32,000 nt of DNA from Gemmata obscuriglobus. GTDB lineage: Bacteria; Planctomycetota; Planctomycetia; Gemmatales; Gemmataceae. The notes below the pieces were generated by a model. The model ran no database searches and had not been told where the DNA came from. It saw only the letters and a list, made by a program, of their open reading frames with translations. Shown here in pieces: positions 16,923-24,955 of the stretch. A program made the position numbers and the translations under genes. Location of the stretch: positions 3,420,001 to 3,452,000 of the forward strand of contig NZ_CP042911.1 of the NCBI RefSeq assembly GCF_008065095.1, in the 5' to 3' direction. How positions within the stretch are numbered: the first letter of the stretch is position 1; every line of letters begins with the position of its first letter.

Positions 16923-17705
16923 TTAGGTGTTGAAAGCTGCTGTGGATTGTGTCGTTGCGCACCAAAGATACCAACCTGCTGGCGAACGGCGTTGGAGGTA
17001 CGTAGCGAACAGTTCGCCCGTAAGGGCTTGTGCTTGGTCGCGGGTTAGATCACCGGCAAGAACCACCTCCTGCCCTGATAACGCTTCGAGGAAGCTGCTT
17101 TCCGTCAAAGGTACGCCCATTGCCAAGAACACCCTATTCAGCACCGCTCGAATCTCATTCTCAAGTTCGGTACGCGGTGACTGCGCAAGGTGCGATCTGG
17201 GGGCAGCGCACTGAACACATATTCGGAAGCTGTTTTCTACCAGCGCAGGGTAGCGCGTAGCCGCAAGAATTCGAACTCGCGCATTCGATTCGCCAGGTGA
17301 GAGCTTGTACGCGGAGTAAGCCATCTCAAAGGGCACACAGGCATAAACCGTAGTGGGAGAGGCTTCCAGTGCGGCCTTAGCTTCGCCCAAACCGCACCCC
17401 GTAATTTCGCGACACCATTTGACGGTTTTGACGAGATCGCTGAACTGGTTCAACATCAGCGCGAATCGCGAGGCGCTTGCGAACCGCCACCATGCCGGCA
17501 GCTCCTGCGCGAGCGCCACTATTCTGGGGCCGCTCGGATGATTTGCTGCATCACCCTCGCTGCTTGCGACTGCTTGAACGAGCCGCAAATACTCGGCTTT
17601 TCGGGGGGCGTTGTGTTCATCGAGCCAGTCGGCGTACACCAGCCGCACGGTGTCGTCGGCGGGGTTCGTTTTCAGCGCTTCGAGGAACGCCGCTTCGTCG
17701 GACAT
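16923..17705 (-). CDS. TIGR02996 (Gemmata 'repeat-companion') domain protein with a ribosomal L7/L12 C-terminal-like domain
   Basis: I prefer ATG 17705 (MSDEAAFLEALKTNPADDTVRLVYADWLDEHNAPRKAEYLRL), which carries the TIGR02996 signature. Residues about 95-160 (FALMLNQFSDLVKTVKWCREITGCGLGEAKAALEASPTTVYACVP...ARVRI) align with the L7/L12 CTD ([43 protein letters not shown]). The gene is visibly AT-richer than its neighbours. Confidence 0.75.
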   Translation of the reverse strand: MSDEAAFLEALKTNPADDTVRLVYADWLDEHNAPRKAEYLRLVQAVASSEGDAANHPSGPRIVALAQELPAWWRFASASRFALMLNQFSDLVKTVKWCREITGCGLGEAKAALEASPTTVYACVPFEMAYSAYKLSPGESNARVRILAATRYPALVENSFRICVQCAAPRSHLAQSPRTELENEIRAVLNRVFLAMGVPLTESSFLEALSGQEVVLAGDLTRDQAQALTGELFATYLQRRSPAGWYLWCATTQSTAAFNT

Positions 17706-17783
17706 CAGGGCACGCGGAGGTTGTAGGGTCGCACTCTCCACATGGAGAAGGCGAGGAGCAGACGCCGCACCTGCGCGGATGGT

Positions 17784-19019
17784 TCACCCGCTCACGATCT
17801 GCTCTTTCTTCGCGTCCCACACCACCTTCTTCCCGGTGCGGTACGAGATGTTCGCGAGGTGCGCCGCGGTGATGACCTTGTGCCCCAGCTCGATCGGCGA
17901 ACTCGGGTCCTTGTTGTCCTTCACCGCGTTCAGCCAGTTGCGGACGTGCAGCGGCGTTTCGTTCTCCACCTTCCACTCGGCCTTGGGCTTCATCGTGGGC
18001 ACGAACTTGTCGATGGTGTCGAACAACTTGATAGCGCCGCCCGCGTCCGCATCGCAGTGGAGCGTTTGCTTGGTGCCGTAGAACGTCGCGCCCACGCCGT
18101 CGTAACCGTTCACGAACTCCACCGCGAACGTCGCCACGAACTTGCCGTAGTCCCACACACCGTGAACCACGTCCGGCGTTTCCCAGTGTTTGAAGTGGTA
18201 CGTGCCTCCGTTCGCGGTCACGCTCACGGGCGCGTCCACGCCGCCGAGCCACTGGACGATGTCGAGCTGGTGCGCGCCGATGTCGGTGAGCAACCCGCCC
18301 GCGTAGTCCCAGTACCACCGCCACGCCCAGTAGCGGACCGGGTCGAACGCGACCTTCTTGGCGGTGCCCAGGAACGCCGCCCAGTTCACGCCTCGAATCT
18401 GCTCGGCGTCGAAGGTCTTCGGCGGGGCGAACGGGTCGCGCTTGAGCCAGTTGCGGCAGTCCCAGACCTTCACCCACACGAGGTCGCCGAAGTCTTTTGA
18501 GTTGATGGCCTCCTTGCACCGCACCCAGTGCTCACCGCTGTGGCGCTGGTTACCGACCTGCACCACCTTCTTCGCCTTGCGCACCGCCGCCACCATCTCC
18601 TTGCCCTGCTCGATGGTGTGGCTGAGCGGCTTCTCGCAGTAGGCGTGCTTGTCCGCGGCCATCGCGGCGACGAGTTGCTCCTTGTGGTGGTGGTCCGGCG
18701 TCGCGATGATGACCGCGTCCAGCCCCTTGTGCTCGAGCAGTTTGCGGTAGTCGTCGTACACTTCGGGCTTCGCGCCCCTCACTTTTGCCAACTCGCCGGT
18801 GATGAACTCGTGCCGGAACTTCGCCACGTCCGCGACCGCGACGACGTGGTGGCCCGCCTTCACGCACTCGGTCGCGATGGTGCGGCCGCGGTTGCCGCTG
18901 CCGATGAGGCCGATGCTGAGCTTCTCGTTCGCCCCTCGGGCCTGAATAGCGGGAGCACCCAGCGCGAGAGCAGAAGCGGCAGAACCCGCGATGAAAGCAC
19001 GGCGGTCGGGAGAGGACAT
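17784..19019 (-). CDS. Gfo/Idh/MocA family oxidoreductase with a twin-arginine (Tat) signal
   Basis: ATG 19019 has GGAG 9 nt upstream. The start reads MSSPDRRAFIAGSAASALALGAPAIQARG, then LSIGLIGSGNRG (Rossmann) and AYCEKPLS. The track ORF extends in frame to 19313 (see the next feature). Confidence 0.85.
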   Translation of the reverse strand: MSSPDRRAFIAGSAASALALGAPAIQARGANEKLSIGLIGSGNRGRTIATECVKAGHHVVAVADVAKFRHEFITGELAKVRGAKPEVYDDYRKLLEHKGLDAVIIATPDHHHKEQLVAAMAADKHAYCEKPLSHTIEQGKEMVAAVRKAKKVVQVGNQRHSGEHWVRCKEAINSKDFGDLVWVKVWDCRNWLKRDPFAPPKTFDAEQIRGVNWAAFLGTAKKVAFDPVRYWAWRWYWDYAGGLLTDIGAHQLDIVQWLGGVDAPVSVTANGGTYHFKHWETPDVVHGVWDYGKFVATFAVEFVNGYDGVGATFYGTKQTLHCDADAGGAIKLFDTIDKFVPTMKPKAEWKVENETPLHVRNWLNAVKDNKDPSSPIELGHKVITAAHLANISYRTGKKVVWDAKKEQIVSG

Positions 19020-19313
19020 TTGCAGCAACTCCACAGGAGATGAGGGCGCGAAAGAAGAATACCCGACCGCGACGGCCGGGTGAAGGGCGTCGGAGGTGGA
19101 TGTGAGCGATTTGCTCTTCAGGTCGCGTGCGACCGCGTTACAGCCGGCTTTGAAGGTTTCGGCCGATTCGATCTTGGCGTTGTTGCGTGTCGATAATTCC
19201 TCGGTCAGCTTGACCTCCTCTTGCTTGCCGTCGAATCCCTTTTGTTTGCGCTTGACGGTCACTTCCGACGCCCGGACCTCGGTCTTGTACCACACACTAT
19301 TTGGGCTCACCAC
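19020..19313 (-). other. 98-codon coding-like segment in frame with, and upstream of, the Tat-signal start; status unresolved
   Basis: GTG 19313 and GTG 19310 are preceded by GGGAGGGA (19314..19321). The second GTG overlaps the upstream stop as GTGA. The peptide SPNSVWYKTEVRASEVTVKRKQKGFDGKQEEVKLTEELSTRNNAKIESAETFKAGCNAV... is Lys/Glu-rich with mostly G/C third positions. No stop occurs before ATG 19019. Confidence 0.35.
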
Positions 19314-20599
19314 TCCCTCCCGATGGCTTCATGAGCCAACCCGTTCAATGTGGCCTGACTGTAGAGGCATGTGTGCCGCGAAGCGCAATGCCGCGGGGGG
19401 CGGGGCGCCGCCAATCGCAGCGGCAGGATTGCACCGGCCATCAAAGCGACGAGTACGCCGACGATGGCAACCGCTACGAGCAGTTCCAGTAACGTGAATC
19501 CGGAACGGCCGACGCCCGCGTTCGAGCGCCGTGCGCGGCTGCGGAAGTACCGCACAGCGAGAGCGAGGCACATGCCCAAGCCTGCTGTCACACCAAGAAA
19601 CCGGAGTAGGGCCTTCAACCGGCGCGGGCGAGACGCGAGGTCGGACAACTCCGGCACGCCGAACTGCTCGAGGCGGAAACTCGATGGGTCCGGGGGCAAC
19701 TTCGCGTATTCGACGATCTCGACCCGACGGGTAACGACCGGTTTGCCCCCCGTTTGAGGGCCGACAAACTCTTGCACGATTTGTCTCGGCACAAACTTGT
19801 TGACGTTGTCAATCTCGTCGCCGATAAGGGTCGCGCTTCGGACCGCCCCGTTCGACAGGTGGTCGCGGTACTTAAAGCAGACGAGGCTGTTCGGACTAAA
19901 GTAGAACTCGGATCGGACACCGAACGGGGGTTCTGTCTTCGGCGTCGGTTGGGGGAATCTAGCGTCGACCCGTATAGCCGCCTTACCGTCTTCCACACAA
20001 TCTGTAATGGACTTTACCGAGAAGGACCACGTGCTGCCGTCCGGCTCCTTTACCTCGGTGAACAGCGAATAGTAATCGACTTGCCAGTATGCGAGGCCGA
20101 ACCCAAGCCCGCTGTTGAAGTCGTACCCCGTGAACTTGTACCGCGGCGTTGCAATGATCTGCTCTTGCAATGACTGGGGGAAGAGTTGTGATTTGGTAAC
20201 ACGGAGCGACTGGCCCTGGTCCGCGACAAGCTGGTATTCGGCGTCACCCCGAATGATGGAGTGAGTGGTCCGCTGCAACACTTCGTTGTCGACGGTTAAG
20301 AGGGAACTCTGATCATCACCCAGGTAAAGGGTGCGGACGGTCCCGCTTGACTGGCCCGACAGGTCGTAACTTTGGATCACGGTGGAAATACGAATGTTCC
20401 GATACATGGCGTCGTGCAACTTGGAGCCGGCAGCTCTGAGATCCTTTAGAAACGTGTCAGTCCTCGCGGCGCCGGCTGCAGGCTGAGCCGCACACGGCCA
20501 CGCCCAATACGAGACAACCGCGACAGCCACAGCGTAGAGGCTAAGTCGAGCGTGATTGTGTACAATGTTGTGCGTTGTTGGTTTTATTTTTGTATGCAT
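19307..20599 (-). CDS. exported hypothetical protein with a C-terminal TM helix followed by a pilin-like segment
   Basis: 430-aa ORF with an N-terminal signal-like segment (LSLYAVAVAVVSYWAWPCAAQP). About 330 aa follow, rich in N/Q/S/K/I with atypical codon usage. Next comes the TM helix LLRFLGVTAGLGMCLALAV, then RYFRSRARRS, then the prepilin motif. I recognise no family for the body. Confidence 0.6.
   Translation of the reverse strand: MHTKIKPTTHNIVHNHARLSLYAVAVAVVSYWAWPCAAQPAAGAARTDTFLKDLRAAGSKLHDAMYRNIRISTVIQSYDLSGQSSGTVRTLYLGDDQSSLLTVDNEVLQRTTHSIIRGDAEYQLVADQGQSLRVTKSQLFPQSLQEQIIATPRYKFTGYDFNSGLGFGLAYWQVDYYSLFTEVKEPDGSTWSFSVKSITDCVEDGKAAIRVDARFPQPTPKTEPPFGVRSEFYFSPNSLVCFKYRDHLSNGAVRSATLIGDEIDNVNKFVPRQIVQEFVGPQTGGKPVVTRRVEIVEYAKLPPDPSSFRLEQFGVPELSDLASRPRRLKALLRFLGVTAGLGMCLALAVRYFRSRARRSNAGVGRSGFTLLELLVAVAIVGVLVALMAGAILPLRLAAPRPPRHCASRHTCLYSQATLNGLAHEAIGREW
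19442..19501 (-). other. prepilin-type N-terminal cleavage/methylation motif (G|FTLLELLVAVAIVGVLVAL) at an internal position
   Basis: Near-consensus class III signal: Gly-Phe cleavage site, Glu at +5 and a 20-residue hydrophobic helix. This matches type IV pilins, T2SS pseudopilins and planctomycete DUF1559 proteins. The internal in-frame ATG at 19573 would give a 24-aa basic leader. Confidence 0.75.
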
Positions 20600-21457
20600 T
20601 ATCGCCTTCGGTCGGGGTAGGTGAGTTCGCAGTTGACTCGTTCGGCGAATCGCTCCGGTTGTGTTTGGAAGTCGCGATAGATTGATACTGCCCGCAATTC
20701 GCCAAGTGGGATGGCGATGGACAACTCACTGGTGGCCGCGCACGATCGCTCGGCCGTAGCTCCGATAACTCTGACCGTTCAGTCGGATCTGTCGTAGGCC
20801 ATTGTCTCATTTTCGCCTTCTCGGCTCGGACGGCACCATAATCGAGCCCCCGGGGATCACAACCGGGTCGTCGCCGCTCGACACCGCCAGTACCGTGTCC
20901 GACGACTCGTCCCTGAGCGTCCAGGCACTTGCGAACGAGTTGGCGCCGTGTGCGGCAAGATCTACCACACCGACGGGATGTCGTGCGGCGTCTCTTTGCT
21001 GCCGGCTGTACCTGTTACGCCAGAAGGTGGAATGATATTTCGGAAAATACAGCGTAATAATTATGTCATTGCAAGCGTGAAATTGACGAGAGTTATGGAA
21101 TTTTGAGCACCAACGGTTTCGTCTTTAAATCTTGTGTTCTTCATCGATTGCTTGTGCCGCTCGGTTCCGGTGTTCCTGCGCGACGGGGGCGAGCGGCCTT
21201 GCGCCGCTTGCCAGTATTGCTGCCACGCCGCGGTTCGGAACTGGTGCTCGGCCGCTCCGGCGAGTGATCGAGTATTTGCCGGCGGGTCCACACGGCCGCT
21301 CCTCATCGCGGTGTCGCCACGCTGGGGCAGTCATATAACAAGGTCGGCACTGGGGGCGCGTTCGCATCTCGCCTGGTGCCGCTCCCGCCCGCCACACCGG
21401 TTTCATTCGTCCTGCCGCAACACGTGTCGCGCTCGCTCTCCCGCCGAGGTTGGTTCG

Positions 21458-24400
21458 ATGCCGGACCCGAAGTCCCGTCCGTTTCAAAAGCTGCTCGTCG
21501 CGAACCGCAGTGAGATCGCCATTCGGGTGTTCCGCTCGGCGCACGAACTCGGAATCCGCACCGTCGCGATCTACTCCCACGAAGACCGGTTCGCCCTTCA
21601 CCGCTTCAAAGCCGATGAGGCGTACCAAGTGGGTAAGCCGGGCGAACCGATCCGCTCGTACCTGGACATCGAGAGCATTGTTCAACTGGCGAAGTCGGTG
21701 GGTGTGGACGCGATCCACCCGGGGTACGGCTTCCTGTCGGAAAACGCGCAGTTCGCGCGCGCCTGCGCCGCGGCCGGGATCACGTTCGTCGGCCCGCGTC
21801 CCGAGGTGCTGGAGCAACTCGGCGACAAGGTCACTGCTCGGGGTATAGCCAAGAAAGCTCAGGTGCCGGTCCTCTCCGGTGGTGAGACGCCGCTCGCCTT
21901 GATCGATGAGGCTCACGCGCTCGCCGAGAAGCTCGGCTATCCGGTAATCGTCAAGGCGTCGATGGGCGGCGGCGGGCGCGGCATGCGGGTGGTTCACACC
22001 GCCGACAAGTTGCAAGAGGCGGTCGAATCGGCTCAGCGGGAGGCGGGCGCCGCGTTCGGCATCGCGGACGTGTTCCTCGAAAAGTTCGTCCAGCGCGCCA
22101 AGCACATTGAGGTGCAACTGCTCGGCGACCGGCACGGCGGGTTGGTTCACCTGTTCGAGCGCGACTGCTCGGTCCAGCGGCGGCACCAGAAGGTGGTCGA
22201 GCTGGCGCCCGCACCGAACCTGCCCGCCGACGTGCGCCATGGCATTCTCGACGCCGCCCTGGCGGTGGGCCGTGCCTGCGGCATCGACAACGCCAGCACC
22301 GTCGAGTTCCTTTACGATACTGACGCGCAGAGGTTCTACTTCATTGAGGTGAACCCGCGCATTCAGGTCGAGCACACGGTCACCGAGCAGGTCACCGGGT
22401 TCGACATCGTGCGGTCGCAAATCCTGATCGCATCCGGCCTGCCCCTGAATCACGACCGTATCGGTCTGGAGCAAAGCGCGATCAGCACGCGCGGTTTTGC
22501 GATCCAGTGTCGCGTTACCACCGAAGACCCTGCGAACGGGTTCGTGCCGGATTACGGCCGGCTCACCGCGTACCGTTCCAGCGGCGGCCCGGGCATTCGC
22601 CTCGACGCCGGCACCGCGTTCGGCGGCGCGGTCATTACGCCGTTCTACGACTCGCTTTTGGTGAAGGTGACCGTCGGCGGCCTGACGTTCGAGGACTGCG
22701 CGACGCGGATGGAGCGGTGCCTTCAGGAGTTCCGCGTTCGCGGGGTGAAGACGAACATCCCGTTCCTGTTGAACTTGATCGGACATCCGCAGTTCCTTGC
22801 CGGAGACGTTACCACCCGGTTCCTTGATGAAACCCCGGGCCTGTTCCAGTTCACCGCCCGCCGCGACCGCGCGTCGAAGTTGCTCGGTTACCTGGCCGAC
22901 GTCATCGTAAACGGGCACCCGGAATTGAAGGGGAAGTACGCCGAGCGCGTGCCGGCAGTCGCATCGCCCTCGCCAACTCCGCCCATGGCGTCGCGGGCGG
23001 AGAAGCCGAAGGGCACCCGCGACCGGTTCAAGGAACTCGGCGCCGCGGGGTTCGCCAAGTGGACCCGGGCGCAGAAGCAACTGTTCGTCACCGACACCAC
23101 CATGCGCGACGCGCACCAGTCGCTGTTCGCGACCCGGATGCGCACCTTCGACATGCTCGCGATCGCGGACCGGTACGCGGAGCGGCACGCGGACCTCTTC
23201 TCGATGGAGATGTGGGGTGGGGCCACGTTCGACACCGCGATGCGGTTCCTGAAGGAGTCCCCGTGGGACCGGCTCGCGAAGCTCCGCGAGCGCGTTCCCA
23301 ACGTCCTGTTTCAGATGCTGGTGCGGGCGGCCAGTGCCGTCGGGTACACCAACTACCCGGACAACGTGGTGTACGAGTTCATTCGGCTGTCCGCGCAAGC
23401 CGGAATGGACATCTTCCGCATCTTCGACGCGAACAACTGGCTCCCCAACATCAAGCTCGGCATAGACGCGGTGCTGAAGACCGACGCGATCTGTGAGGCC
23501 GCGATCTGTTACACCGGCGACATTCTCGATCCCAAGCGGGACAAATACACGCTCACCTATTTCGTGAACCTGGCTAAAGAACTGGAGAAGCTCGGGACGC
23601 ACTTCCTGGCGATCAAGGACATGGCCGGGTTGCTCAAACCTTACGCCGCGAAGAAACTGGTGAAGGCGCTTCGTGAAGAGGTCGGGCTGCCGATCCACTT
23701 CCACACGCACGACAGCGCCGGCGGTCAACTCGCCTCTTACCTGATGGCAGCGGAGGAGGGCGTGAGCGTCGTGGACTGCGCGTTCGCGCCGATGGCCGGG
23801 GTGACCTCGCAGCCGAGCCTTAACGCGCTCGTCGAGGCCGTGCGGTATACCGACCGGAGCACCCGACTCGACTTCGACGCCCTTCAGGAAACGGCTACCT
23901 ACTGGGACGGGGTGCGGCGTCTGTACGCGCCCTTCGAAACCGGTCAGCTCGCCGGCTCCGCGGAAGTGTACCTCCACGAGATGCCGGGCGGGCAGTACGC
24001 GAACCTGTACCAGCAGGCCCAGTCGCTCGGGGTGGCGGACCGGTGGGCGGAAGTGGGGCGGATGTACGCGGCGGTCAACCGGCTGTTCGGCGATATCGTC
24101 AAGGTCACGCCGACATCGAAGGTGGTCGGCGACATGACGCTGTTCATGCTCGCGAACAACCTGACGCCCGAAATGGTACTCGACCCGAAGAAAGAGATCG
24201 CGTTCCCGGAGTCGGTGGTGGAGTTCTTCGAGGGCAAGCTCGGCCAGCCCCCGGGCGGGTTTCCGCCGGCGCTCCAGACCCGCATCCTCCGCGGGCGGAA
24301 GCCGCTCACCGACCGACCCGGGGCCACGCTCCCGCCCGTCGACCTCGCGAAGGCGAAGGCCGAACTCGAGCCGAAGCTGCGGCGCGCGCCGTCCGACCAG

Positions 24401-24925
24401 GACGTCATCTCGTACGTCCTTTATCCGAAGGTGTTCAGCGACTTCGCGGAGCACCAGGCGAAGTACTCCGACGTGAGCGTGCTGCCGACGCCCAGCTTCT
24501 TTTTCGGGCTCGCGAAGGGCGAAGAGGTCAGCATCGAGATCGAACCCGGTAAGACGCTGATCATCAAGTTCTTCACGGTGGGTGAGCCGCAGCCCGACGG
24601 CTACCGCGTGGTCTACTTCGAGCTGAACGGCCAGCCGCGCGAGTTCCGCGTCGTGGACCGTACCCTCGGCGCCGGAGCGGTCAAGTCGCGCCCGAAGGCC
24701 GAGAACGGCAACGCGAAGCACATCGCGGCGCCGATGCCGGGCGCCGTCGTCGCGGTGGCCGTGGCCCCGGGCGAGGAGGTCGCTGCCGGGGCCAAACTGC
24801 TCACGCTGGAAGCCATGAAGATGGAAACCACCATCTACGCCGACCGGCCCGGGAAGGTGGCCGAAGTGCTGGTTCGTCCTGGGGCACAGGTGGAAGGTGG
24901 CGACTTGGTGATCCGGTTCGAGTAA
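21458..24925 (+). CDS. pyc: pyruvate carboxylase (single-chain, biotin-dependent)
   Basis: ATG 21458 has GAGG 8 nt upstream. The start reads MPDPKSRPFQKLLVANRSEIAIRVFRSAHELGI (biotin carboxylase N-terminus). The ATP-grasp motif GGGGRGMRVV, the carboxyltransferase motif DTTMRDAHQSL and the C-terminal biotinylation motif LEAMKMET are all present. The track ORF start at 21134 is an in-frame artefact. Confidence 0.97.
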   Translation: MPDPKSRPFQKLLVANRSEIAIRVFRSAHELGIRTVAIYSHEDRFALHRFKADEAYQVGKPGEPIRSYLDIESIVQLAKSVGVDAIHPGYGFLSENAQFARACAAAGITFVGPRPEVLEQLGDKVTARGIAKKAQVPVLSGGETPLALIDEAHALAEKLGYPVIVKASMGGGGRGMRVVHTADKLQEAVESAQREAGAAFGIADVFLEKFVQRAKHIEVQLLGDRHGGLVHLFERDCSVQRRHQKVVELAPAPNLPADVRHGILDAALAVGRACGIDNASTVEFLYDTDAQRFYFIEVNPRIQVEHTVTEQVTGFDIVRSQILIASGLPLNHDRIGLEQSAISTRGFAIQCRVTTEDPANGFVPDYGRLTAYRSSGGPGIRLDAGTAFGGAVITPFYDSLLVKVTVGGLTFEDCATRMERCLQEFRVRGVKTNIPFLLNLIGHPQFLAGDVTTRFLDETPGLFQFTARRDRASKLLGYLADVIVNGHPELKGKYAERVPAVASPSPTPPMASRAEKPKGTRDRFKELGAAGFAKWTRAQKQLFVTDTTMRDAHQSLFATRMRTFDMLAIADRYAERHADLFSMEMWGGATFDTAMRFLKESPWDRLAKLRERVPNVLFQMLVRAASAVGYTNYPDNVVYEFIRLSAQAGMDIFRIFDANNWLPNIKLGIDAVLKTDAICEAAICYTGDILDPKRDKYTLTYFVNLAKELEKLGTHFLAIKDMAGLLKPYAAKKLVKALREEVGLPIHFHTHDSAGGQLASYLMAAEEGVSVVDCAFAPMAGVTSQPSLNALVEAVRYTDRSTRLDFDALQETATYWDGVRRLYAPFETGQLAGSAEVYLHEMPGGQYANLYQQAQSLGVADRWAEVGRMYAAVNRLFGDIVKVTPTSKVVGDMTLFMLANNLTPEMVLDPKKEIAFPESVVEFFEGKLGQPPGGFPPALQTRILRGRKPLTDRPGATLPPVDLAKAKAELEPKLRRAPSDQDVISYVLYPKVFSDFAEHQAKYSDVSVLPTPSFFFGLAKGEEVSIEIEPGKTLIIKFFTVGEPQPDGYRVVYFELNGQPREFRVVDRTLGAGAVKSRPKAENGNAKHIAAPMPGAVVAVAVAPGEEVAAGAKLLTLEAMKMETTIYADRPGKVAEVLVRPGAQVEGGDLVIRFE

Positions 24926-24955
24926 CAGCCCGCTCCCCCCGTTGAAGGTAACAAC

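Noticed and set aside
19307-19321. A prfB-like programmed +1 frameshift site: the SD-like GGGAGGGAG immediately upstream of an in-frame UGA.
   Set aside because: The +1 frame hits TAG after three codons (GAG CCC AAA TAG). Joining to the downstream coding-like frame needs a -1 shift, and there is no X XXY YYZ slippery heptamer. Translational coupling through GTGA is the simpler reading.
19520-19660. A PEP-CTERM/exosortase sorting signal: FGVPE, then a hydrophobic helix, then RSRARRS.
   Set aside because: About 12 polar residues separate VPE from the helix. The segment is also not at the C-terminus, since about 65 more residues follow. It does not fit the PEP-CTERM layout.
20802-21035. A 77-aa plus-strand ORF (TTG start) in the long intergenic region.
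   Set aside because: The sequence is low-complexity and Ser/Thr/Cys-rich, uses a TTG start and has no SD. Its high GC3 is equally well explained by the open antisense frame. It is kept only as part of the possible gene relic discussed in the findings.
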